From a virus (taxonomy: Duplodnaviria; Heunggongvirae; Uroviricota; Caudoviricetes): a DNA stretch of 14,557 nucleotides. The position numbers and the translations under genes were made by a program. The DNA lies in IMG/VR virus record IMGVR_UViG_3300012347_000256; one strand, given 5' to 3'. The notes under the pieces were generated by a model that was given only the letters and a program-made list of their open reading frames with translations, was not told the DNA's origin and did no database searches. This document shows, piece by piece, positions 7,653 through 13,757 of the stretch. Positions within the stretch are counted from its first letter, which is position 1. Each line of letters opens with the position of its first letter.

Positions 7653-7908
7653 ATAGATACCTTTCTTGTGTTACTTTTTGTGTCATGAGTTCAGGTTGTG
7701 TTTTATCTTGACAGTAAGTATAAACAATAACCTCTACTATTCGCCACTTAATATTAGGATCGTCGTTTTCATGATTCTTGAAAGACTCTTTAGCTTGTTC
7801 AAATGTATCAAAGCGTCTTTCATTGTAGATTGTGAACCAGCTTTGTCCATCAGACCATCCGGTGTTTTGTAATTTATAGAACTTTATAATCTTAGAGGGT
7901 TCGTTCAT
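7633..7908 (-). CDS. Hypothetical protein (91 aa)
   Basis: ATGA overlap with the HNH stop; same orientation as neighbours. Confidence 0.7.
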   Translation of the reverse strand: MNEPSKIIKFYKLQNTGWSDGQSWFTIYNERRFDTFEQAKESFKNHENDDPNIKWRIVEVIVYTYCQDKTQPELMTQKVTQERYLYVKHEQ

Positions 7909-8447
7909 GTTCCGTGCCTTTCTGTATAATTATATCCCAGTTGATTTAATTTTAGAATACCATCTTCTCTAGCCTTTATTGCTAAACTCTTAGCTAAAGC
8001 GTCACCATATGTTTTTACAGAATAGTAAGCAGATTCTATTTTATCACCAACATGCCATTGTGCTCTCCAATAGCCTGTTTTAAGATAACTTACACCAGTG
8101 TGTCCTGAAGTATTCCTAGAATTCTTTTTACTATTTCGAGTATTCTGGGCTATAGTTTTTAAAGCAAGATTTTCAATTTTATTATTTAAAGAATTTCCAT
8201 CAATGTGATCAATTATGAAACCATCTGGTATTTTTCCGAAGAAAAGTTGCCATATGATTCTATGGACTTTTTCATATAATTTACCATATTTAACCTGAAA
8301 ATAACCTGAACCATTTGGTGATCCTGCGGCATCTCCTTTATTTGCTCTAAGGATATTATAGTTTTTTCCAGCGCGTACTTCTATATTCCATCTGATAAAA
8401 CTTGGAGAAGTTTCATCATAATAAAATACATCTTTTAAATTAAACAT
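7905..8447 (-). CDS. HNH homing endonuclease with C-terminal AP2-like DNA-binding domain
   Basis: VHRIIW..FFG.IP.GFIIDHIDGNSLNNKIENL (HNH_3) and NTSGHTGVSY...YWRAQW...AIKAR (AP2-like). Start MFNLK at 8447 after RBS GAGGTG. Confidence 0.9.
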   Translation of the reverse strand: MFNLKDVFYYDETSPSFIRWNIEVRAGKNYNILRANKGDAAGSPNGSGYFQVKYGKLYEKVHRIIWQLFFGKIPDGFIIDHIDGNSLNNKIENLALKTIAQNTRNSKKNSRNTSGHTGVSYLKTGYWRAQWHVGDKIESAYYSVKTYGDALAKSLAIKAREDGILKLNQLGYNYTERHGT

Positions 8448-9441
8448 ATACACCTCTTTCGGCAGCAAAATGAACAAAATTACTATTGTCATCTCTAGTT
8501 CTTTTCATATAAGAACAACTCCAATAAAGCTGAAGCATATCAAACCAGTCTACATCAGTGTGTGGTACACCGTGACAATCCGTGTACTCAAAAGGTTCTG
8601 GATATAAGCGTCTAAACTCATTGATTAATATCTGCAGTACCTCTTGTTCAGTCTTAGCATCTTCAAGAGCTTTAAATGCTTTAGCTGGACCGTACTTTGT
8701 TTTAGATAATTTATATCCAAAATAAGTATCAGCCTTATCGCCAGCTAGTGTCTGAAAGGCTAGAAACTTAAGTCCATCTCCTTTGATATCAGTGGCTGGT
8801 CCTTTACCAATAACAACCTTCCACAATGAACCAACATCCGGAATAACCTTACCTTTCCAAACCTCTTGTGTAAAATCCAACACTTCAATACCTTGAGATT
8901 GTTGTGCGTCTTTATCTGCAGACACAATGATGGGATAATTACCTTTTGCTAATTCTTCGTAAGCACGTATCGTAATCATATCATCAGTTTCAATACCTTT
9001 GACAAGTTGTGCTCCGTGCTTTACTTGCATGTACCGTCTAACGTCCGCAAGTTGCAAAGGCTTTAGTAAGTCCTCTCGATTGTCTTTATAAGGCGTAGGA
9101 AGGGCTAGATCGTGTCTAAACGTCTTTCCTGTACCAATGTATAGCTCAACTTCATCTGCCCACGTAGCCTCTGTTAAACGCTGTATAACTCCTTTTACAG
9201 ATCGTAAGGCAATCCGAATAGAAGCGGCTGTTTGCACATCTTGAATTTCATAATCTTCAGCTTTAAATTCAATGTTCTTCTCTTTTAGTAAAGCCTTAAG
9301 TTCTGTGCGAGTTTTAAATATTTTTTCTCTGTTGGATTTTAAGTGCTTGGCTATGATGGTGCGTTTTTCATTAGCAGCAGCATAACGATACGCTATCAAA
9401 TCCGCATCCACGATAAGTATTCTTTTTGCTGGTTTGGTCAT
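8440..9441 (-). CDS. Phage 5'-3' exonuclease / RNase H (T7 gp6 / T5 D15 flap-nuclease superfamily)
   Basis: LIVDADLIAY, FR...PYK.NR, IETDD, SADKD and GDKADTYFG motifs. Confidence 0.9.
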   Translation of the reverse strand: MTKPAKRILIVDADLIAYRYAAANEKRTIIAKHLKSNREKIFKTRTELKALLKEKNIEFKAEDYEIQDVQTAASIRIALRSVKGVIQRLTEATWADEVELYIGTGKTFRHDLALPTPYKDNREDLLKPLQLADVRRYMQVKHGAQLVKGIETDDMITIRAYEELAKGNYPIIVSADKDAQQSQGIEVLDFTQEVWKGKVIPDVGSLWKVVIGKGPATDIKGDGLKFLAFQTLAGDKADTYFGYKLSKTKYGPAKAFKALEDAKTEQEVLQILINEFRRLYPEPFEYTDCHGVPHTDVDWFDMLQLYWSCSYMKRTRDDNSNFVHFAAERGVYV

Positions 9442-9450
9442 ATTATCCTT

Positions 9451-9486
9451 AAAAGAAAAACCCGTAAGCTTTCACCTACGGGTTTT
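9451..9486 (-). terminator. Rho-independent terminator with GAAA tetraloop
   Basis: Minus strand AAAACCCGTAGGT-GAAA-GCTTACGGGTTTT followed by TCTTTT. Confidence 0.85.
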
Positions 9487-9512
9487 GTTACGGGTTTTAT
9501 TACGAGTTTTAT
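9477..9512. repeat. Three tandem 12-bp copies of the terminator 5' arm
   Basis: TACGGGTTTTGT / TACGGGTTTTAT / TACGAGTTTTAT. Confidence 0.85.
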
Positions 9513-9514
9513 TG

Positions 9515-9733
9515 TCAGCTACGAGCGGCTTGAATAGCTTCTAGCGTTAACTCTGATTTTTCTACTAACTTCTCTACACCATCTTTCACGATAGCTTTAG
9601 CTACAGCACTTAGAACTGAAGGATCAAGTCCTGCAGCTTTTGCTTCATCTTTAATCTCTTTGATTTCCTCACCAAGGGATTGCTCTTGTGTGTAGAGTTT
9701 TACCAGTTTTGCGATTGCGTCTTTTGAATTCAT
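9515..9733 (-). CDS. Small dsDNA-binding protein, GapR(DUF2312)/T4 DsbA-like
   Basis: E..L.EEIKEIKDEAKAAGLDP..L..VAK pattern. Confidence 0.65.
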   Translation of the reverse strand: MNSKDAIAKLVKLYTQEQSLGEEIKEIKDEAKAAGLDPSVLSAVAKAIVKDGVEKLVEKSELTLEAIQAARS

Positions 9734-9734
9734 A

Positions 9735-9941
9735 TTAATCCTTCTTTAAGTTTGGTTTGTACATCCATGTGAGATTCATTACAATAACAGCTAACCAGCT
9801 ATAGAATGTATATGGAATACTCAAGATTGGAAACAATGTATTCAATGACCAGATAGTCGCTAGTGGTACAAAGATGATAGCAAGAATTGCCAGCGTAAGA
9901 ATAGGTACAATCGTAAGAATATCTTTATTTTGTTTTGTCAT
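9735..9941 (-). CDS. Small membrane protein (68 aa)
   Basis: Two hydrophobic segments; RBS AAAGGA. Confidence 0.75.
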   Translation of the reverse strand: MTKQNKDILTIVPILTLAILAIIFVPLATIWSLNTLFPILSIPYTFYSWLAVIVMNLTWMYKPNLKKD

Positions 9942-9984
9942 ATAGTCCTTTCAGTGTTTTCAGTGTTTATTTGTTGGTTAATCA

Positions 9985-10000
9985 AAGGGCCGAAGCCCTT
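9985..10000 (-). terminator. C(UUCG)G hairpin after ssb (weak terminator or mRNA-stabilising stem)
   Basis: Minus strand AAGGGC-TTCG-GCCCTT, followed by only a short U-rich tail. Confidence 0.55.
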
Positions 10001-10013
10001 CGGTTAGAGTAGA

Positions 10014-10664
10014 TTAAAAAGGAATATCATCGTCAAAGTCTTCAGCTGCAGGTTTTGCTTTTGCCTTAGCTGCTGGTTTAGCTGCTGGTTTAGCGGCAGG
10101 CTTTGGAGCTTCTTTAACAGCTTTAGGAGCATCATCAAACTCATCACCGGGATTGTACTCTGAGCCTTCATCTGGCGTGTACTCTAGCATTTCAGTCACA
10201 AGGATGTTCTTCAGATAAAGAGAACTTGTGCCGTTGTTTCGAGTAAACACGTCAATGCTAATCGAGCCGATTGAACCATTACCGGGTAGCTTTGTGTTAG
10301 TCACATCAATCAATGTGTTACCGACTTTCTCAAAGACTTTTGGTTTGTACAGATCAGGCACTGGCTTACCAGTTTTACCTAACTCAGTGCTCTTACGTAG
10401 AGTAATAACCCATACGTTTTTGCCTGCGCCTTCAGGTGGTGCTGTTTTATAGATAGCTTCAAATTCAGCTGTTTTAACTTTCTTCAATGATACCTTAGCA
10501 TCAATACCTTTGGCATACTCTTCAAATGCGTCTACAGTATCTTCATCTGCGATTGCAACAGAAGCCTTCCACTCGTCAGCTTTTGTTGGCTCACCTGCTT
10601 TTACATAAGCTTTTACAGGCTTATTGATTGCAACATATAGTAGAGTTCCAGTTAATTTATTCAT
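10014..10664 (-). CDS. ssb: Single-stranded DNA-binding protein (phage gp2.5-like fold inferred)
   Basis: Acidic C-terminal tail EDFDDDIPF preceded by a low-complexity KPAA linker; sits in the replication module behind its own promoter. Confidence 0.8.
   Translation of the reverse strand: MNKLTGTLLYVAINKPVKAYVKAGEPTKADEWKASVAIADEDTVDAFEEYAKGIDAKVSLKKVKTAEFEAIYKTAPPEGAGKNVWVITLRKSTELGKTGKPVPDLYKPKVFEKVGNTLIDVTNTKLPGNGSIGSISIDVFTRNNGTSSLYLKNILVTEMLEYTPDEGSEYNPGDEFDDAPKAVKEAPKPAAKPAAKPAAKAKAKPAAEDFDDDIPF
10066..10101. repeat. 12-bp tandem repeat encoding (K)PAAK linker
   Basis: TTAGCTGCTGGT x2 followed by TTAGCGGCAGGC. Confidence 0.85.
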
Positions 10665-10727
10665 GATTTCCCTTTCAAGGACTTGGTTACGGACTAAAAT
10701 GTGCTTGTTAATGCACGACTAAACTAG

Positions 10728-10756
10728 ATTATAACAAAGCTTGTTAGTCAAGTCAA
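10728..10756 (-). promoter_or_regulatory. Strong sigma70-type promoter for ssb
   Basis: Minus strand TTGACT-N17-TATAAT with TGn extension. Confidence 0.88.
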
Positions 10757-10813
10757 GCTTTATTTGTGTTTCCGTCAAAAGCACAATATCTGTACAACTG
10801 CCGGAAATATCAT

Positions 10814-11125
10814 TCATTGATAAACGGTGATTGTCTTTTGCTGAGGTGTTACAAACTTCCAACCTTGGTAGTCAACACCGTAATGTGATGCATACCAACC
10901 GTAGAATTTAATAAAGCAATCTTGACCGTCTTTACTAAACTTCCATACACACCAGTAGTCAGAACCTTGGTCTTCGCCACCATAGCAATCTTCAACTTTA
11001 TAATCGATTTGCTGGTTGTCAAGTGCAATAGCAAGCTGATCATAACAATCACCATATATCATACCTTCTGGCTCTCCTGAACCTAACTCTTCAAATATGA
11101 TCTCTAAAGTGCTTTTAACGTCCAT
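10814..11125 (-). CDS. Hypothetical protein, GGEDQGSDYW paralog 2 (103 aa)
   Basis: Start MDVKST at 11125 after RBS AAGGAG; paralogous to the upstream gene. Confidence 0.82.
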   Translation of the reverse strand: MDVKSTLEIIFEELGSGEPEGMIYGDCYDQLAIALDNQQIDYKVEDCYGGEDQGSDYWCVWKFSKDGQDCFIKFYGWYASHYGVDYQGWKFVTPQQKTITVYQ

Positions 11126-11135
11126 ATATAACTCC

Positions 11136-11498
11136 TTATTTCTTTTCAAATACAGTGATAGTTTTTTCTACGGGTTTAACTTCGTAGAATTGTTCATAAG
11201 TGCTTCCCTCATAAGAGGCATACCAACCGTCAAACTTAATGAATGCGACTTGCATACCATCAGTAAAAGAATAAACACTCCAGTAGTCAGAACCTTGGTC
11301 TTCACCGCCGTAATTATCTACGTGTTCAAACTTGATTCCAGCGTTAGCAAGTTCTTGTTTGAATTCTACGATATTATCATCGTCGTAACGACAAGGTTCC
11401 TGACCAATCTCTGAGTTAAAGAACTCGCGTTTAATATCTCGATCCGCTGCTACAAGTAGCTGTTCTACCTTGTTATAAATATTTGACATATCTGACAT
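11136..11498 (-). CDS. Hypothetical protein, GGEDQGSDYW paralog 1 (120 aa)
   Basis: Shares YGGEDQGSDYW.V..F, FIKF.GWYAS..G and KTITV with the downstream gene. Confidence 0.82.
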   Translation of the reverse strand: MSDMSNIYNKVEQLLVAADRDIKREFFNSEIGQEPCRYDDDNIVEFKQELANAGIKFEHVDNYGGEDQGSDYWSVYSFTDGMQVAFIKFDGWYASYEGSTYEQFYEVKPVEKTITVFEKK

Positions 11499-11499
11499 A

Positions 11500-12312
11500 T
11501 CACTCCTTTAGTAAAATTTGTTTAACATTTTCAACTTTTGCAGCATTAAACATATCTAAGACTTCTAGATAATTATCAATTGCGTAAGAACGAAACCAAC
11601 CTGAACATAGTGTAGTACAAATCTTGTTGACTGACTTGTAAAACGCTAGTTTAGCTGGTGTACTCCAATCAGTAGGTACTAAAAACCTTTCAGTTGAAAT
11701 AACGTAAGCTTCTTCTGCAATGCATTTAAGCTTGTCTGCATGACTTAGATTGTACCACAGATTTTTATCACACCACGCTAACTTTGAATCTTTTTGTAGT
11801 TTTTTATACAAAGGCTCTTCGTGATAAGCAAACAACTCGTGCAAGTAATCATGATTGTACTTCTTAGTCACAGCGTCATCAAAGAAATTTTCTACCGTTT
11901 GCATCAAGTTTGGATTACCTTGTGGGTAAGCTTGCATTGTAAGCTTGATGCGCTTGTTTAACACTTCTTCATCCTTGTCAGTAAAGAACTGCCGATATGT
12001 CTTTAAATGCATATTATATTGCATCATGTGCTTTTCAAACTTACGATCACGCCATAGGTGACTGCGCTTTACGATAGCAAGACCAATTGGGTTAACCACA
12101 TGCACTCTTTGACCTGCGATTTCAATCCAATGATTACTTGCGTAGTTCAACAGATCATAGTTACCAATCTGATCGAATGTATGCCATTCAATACGCTTTG
12201 TATCTGCAGTAATCTTATGTTCACTGATAACGTCCCAATCTGCATCTGGCTTTGCTTTAAAGGTAGCACTCCAGTATTGCAACGCTTGTGAGCCGATCAA
12301 AAGATTTTTCAT
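11500..12312 (-). CDS. Putative nucleotidyltransferase-fold protein (270 aa)
   Basis: N-terminal LIGS...DWDV resembles the Pol-beta hG[GS]..DhD signature; also HDYLHE. Confidence 0.55.
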   Translation of the reverse strand: MKNLLIGSQALQYWSATFKAKPDADWDVISEHKITADTKRIEWHTFDQIGNYDLLNYASNHWIEIAGQRVHVVNPIGLAIVKRSHLWRDRKFEKHMMQYNMHLKTYRQFFTDKDEEVLNKRIKLTMQAYPQGNPNLMQTVENFFDDAVTKKYNHDYLHELFAYHEEPLYKKLQKDSKLAWCDKNLWYNLSHADKLKCIAEEAYVISTERFLVPTDWSTPAKLAFYKSVNKICTTLCSGWFRSYAIDNYLEVLDMFNAAKVENVKQILLKE

Positions 12313-12509
12313 TCTACCCTCGTGATGATATGAAAATCAGTAGATACAGACTGACCAATTTCCAAAGTTAATATACACTGTTTAAAGAACCAACGATTGT
12401 CTACAGTTGAATCTTTTAGTCCACCTTTACTTAACCAAGTCGGAGCATTGTCTTCAAAAAATAAGGTTATGTCTTCAAAAATCAAATGTATCATTTTAAA
12501 TGATTTCAT
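12309..12509 (-). CDS. Hypothetical protein (66 aa)
   Basis: Start MKSFK at 12509 after RBS AAAGGAG; the ORF-track start at 12557 is inside the tRNA. Confidence 0.75.
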   Translation of the reverse strand: MKSFKMIHLIFEDITLFFEDNAPTWLSKGGLKDSTVDNRWFFKQCILTLEIGQSVSTDFHIITRVE

Positions 12510-12523
12510 AGTTCTCCTTTGTT

Positions 12524-12599
12524 TGGTGCGACAGGATGGAATTGAACCACCGACCAAGGCTTTATGAGAACCCTGCTCTCACCACTGAGCTACTGTCGC
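12524..12599 (-). tRNA. tRNA with CAU anticodon (Ile2 slightly favoured over elongator Met)
   Basis: 76-nt cloverleaf GCGACAG-TA-GCTC-AGTGGTGA-GAGC-A-GGGTT-CTCATAA-AGCCT-TGGTC-GGTGG-TTCAATT-CCATC-CTGTCGC-A-CCA. G27.U43, the variable loop UGGUC and the D-arm resemble E. coli tRNA-Ile2. Confidence 0.93.
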
Positions 12600-12601
12600 A
12601 A

Positions 12602-12720
12602 GTTATAGTTCAGTATATTCCGTATCTTAGTTCCTCGTCATGCTTTAGTTCACATGCGTCATAAAACCCAAATAGTAAACCACGTTCGTTTACCCAACCT
12701 GAAATATACTGAACTATAAC
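12602..12720 (-). ncRNA. Candidate structured RNA closed by an 18-20 bp terminal stem
   Basis: Perfect 18-bp inverted repeat at 12602-12619 and 12703-12720, with internal hairpins; ends 2 nt from the tRNA 5' end. Confidence 0.5.
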
Positions 12721-12769
12721 CACTGGTCCCTAAACCAGTATTATAGTGTCTTTTGTATCTTGGACGACA

Positions 12770-12897
12770 ATCCTCATGCTGGAAATCCTGAAGTACAGCG
12801 CAACTTGTACTGCATTTTTAATGACGGGACTTACACCCGCCTCGCTGGAAGTTTGCCGCTAACTCTAGGGATTTGAGCAACAGGCATCAGCGGGACT
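12770..12897 (-). ncRNA. Candidate structured RNA of three hairpins, one with a T-loop-like motif
   Basis: Stems CCGCTGA/TTAGCGG, GGCGGG-TGTAAGT-CCCGTC and TGCAGTACA/TGTACTTCA; lies between two tRNA genes. Confidence 0.4.
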
Positions 12898-12904
12898 ATT
12901 TATA

Positions 12905-12983
12905 TGGTGCGAGTGATAGGATTCGAACCTACATTGACTCCATTACGGTACTACGCTTTAGAAGAGCGTTCCGGTACACTCGC
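12905..12983 (-). tRNA. Atypical D-armless tRNA-Arg(UCU)-like RNA with encoded CCA
   Basis: 79 nt: GCGAGTG-TACCGGA-ACGCT-CTTCTAA-AGCGT-AGTACCGTAATGGAGTCAAT-GTAGG-TTCGAAT-CCTAT-CACTCGC-A-CCA. Confidence 0.8.
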
Positions 12984-12992
12984 TTAACCTTA

Positions 12993-13022
12993 ATTATACA
13001 TCATTTTCTACATCTGTGTCAA
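12993..13022 (-). promoter_or_regulatory. Sigma70 promoter driving the RNA cluster
   Basis: Minus strand TTGACA-N18-TATAAT; the -10 ends 9 nt before the first tRNA base. Confidence 0.85.
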
Positions 13023-13167
13023 CAACTCGCAAAATATTTTCTTTGATGTTCAATCTAGCTAACTTGTTCAGATCAGACTGAGGCATCTGCATACAAGCTC
13101 TAAGCATACCATCTTTATACTGTTCTAAAGTATTGCGTTCTTTATTATACTTATAAATGTAGCTCAT
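12994..13167 (-). CDS. Hypothetical protein (57 aa)
   Basis: Start MSYIYK at 13167 after GGAGG; the longer ORF-track version overlaps the upstream gene. Confidence 0.65.
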   Translation of the reverse strand: MSYIYKYNKERNTLEQYKDGMLRACMQMPQSDLNKLARLNIKENILRVVDTDVENDV

Positions 13168-13345
13168 GATTCCAGCCTCCTTCATCGTGCGTTTTAAAAG
13201 TAGCTTTAGATATGCTGATAACATGCTCAGGTAACTGCTTGTGAGTACCAGCAAACCACTCACCTTCAAAGCAGCATTGCATCTTAGCAAGATCGTGTTC
13301 GTAAATTACTTCGTATACCCAAAATGGTAAACCACCGTAACTCAT
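13151..13345 (-). CDS. Hypothetical protein (64 aa)
   Basis: ATGA overlap with the upstream gene; RBS GGAG. Confidence 0.65.
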   Translation of the reverse strand: MSYGGLPFWVYEVIYEHDLAKMQCCFEGEWFAGTHKQLPEHVISISKATFKTHDEGGWNHELHL

Positions 13346-13629
13346 GATTTTACTCCGAAATGCCCTTTGATTGTACTAATCGCACCATCTAGTAGTTCAA
13401 CACCTTCTTCACCACCAATGTAACCCCAAGATGCATCCCTTCGCCACTCTTCATCAGGTTTAATCAATGTACAGATTTCTTGTATGATCAACTCAGCGAA
13501 TTTATTAATGTCTTTTAAATCACAGACACCAGCATGAGTACTAAAACCATCAGGATCATCTGGCTCTGAGTAATCATACAGGATACCTATTCCAGCTTTT
13601 TGAGCAATTTCTTTAATCTGTTCGTTCAT
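13342..13629 (-). CDS. Conserved phage hypothetical protein (95 aa)
   Basis: MNE.IKE.A..AG...KFAELI..E...IK.HFGV pattern typical of small phage proteins; RBS AAGGAG. Confidence 0.8.
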   Translation of the reverse strand: MNEQIKEIAQKAGIGILYDYSEPDDPDGFSTHAGVCDLKDINKFAELIIQEICTLIKPDEEWRRDASWGYIGGEEGVELLDGAISTIKGHFGVKS

Positions 13630-13747
13630 GTTTAATCTCCTTTTTGTGTGCTTGACGTTCTGCTTTCCAAAATACTTTCTTGAAGAATTTCAGATGCTTC
13701 CACCACTGCGGTGCTCTGGTGCGTGTACCTTGTTTTACATTAGCCAT
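13613..13747 (-). CDS. Small basic hypothetical protein, 44 aa (not in ORF track)
   Basis: MANVKQGTRTRAPQWWKHLKFFKKVFWKAERQAHKKEIKHERTD*. RBS GAAAGG; fills the gap between two genes. Confidence 0.7.
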   Translation of the reverse strand: MANVKQGTRTRAPQWWKHLKFFKKVFWKAERQAHKKEIKHERTD

Positions 13748-13757
13748 TACAAACCTT

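Noticed and set aside
9950-9968. TTCAGTGTT direct repeat
   Set aside because: Only two short copies in AT-rich spacer; plausible by chance.
12722-12770. TATAAT at 12740-12745 followed by an ACTGGT/ACCAGT hairpin as an internal promoter
   Set aside because: The nearest -35-like hexamer (TTGTCG) is 19 bp away and there is no TGn extension; weak support.
12850-12895. Hammerhead-like CUGAUG...AAAC, and FMN or c-di-AMP riboswitch resemblance
   Set aside because: Required cores are absent (CUGANGA, GAAA and the riboswitch consensus blocks); only a generic T-loop-like hairpin remains.
12950-12970. Reading the atypical tRNA on the + strand as Leu(TAG)
   Set aside because: The T-loop, acceptor polarity and CCA are all on the - strand, where the anticodon is UCU.
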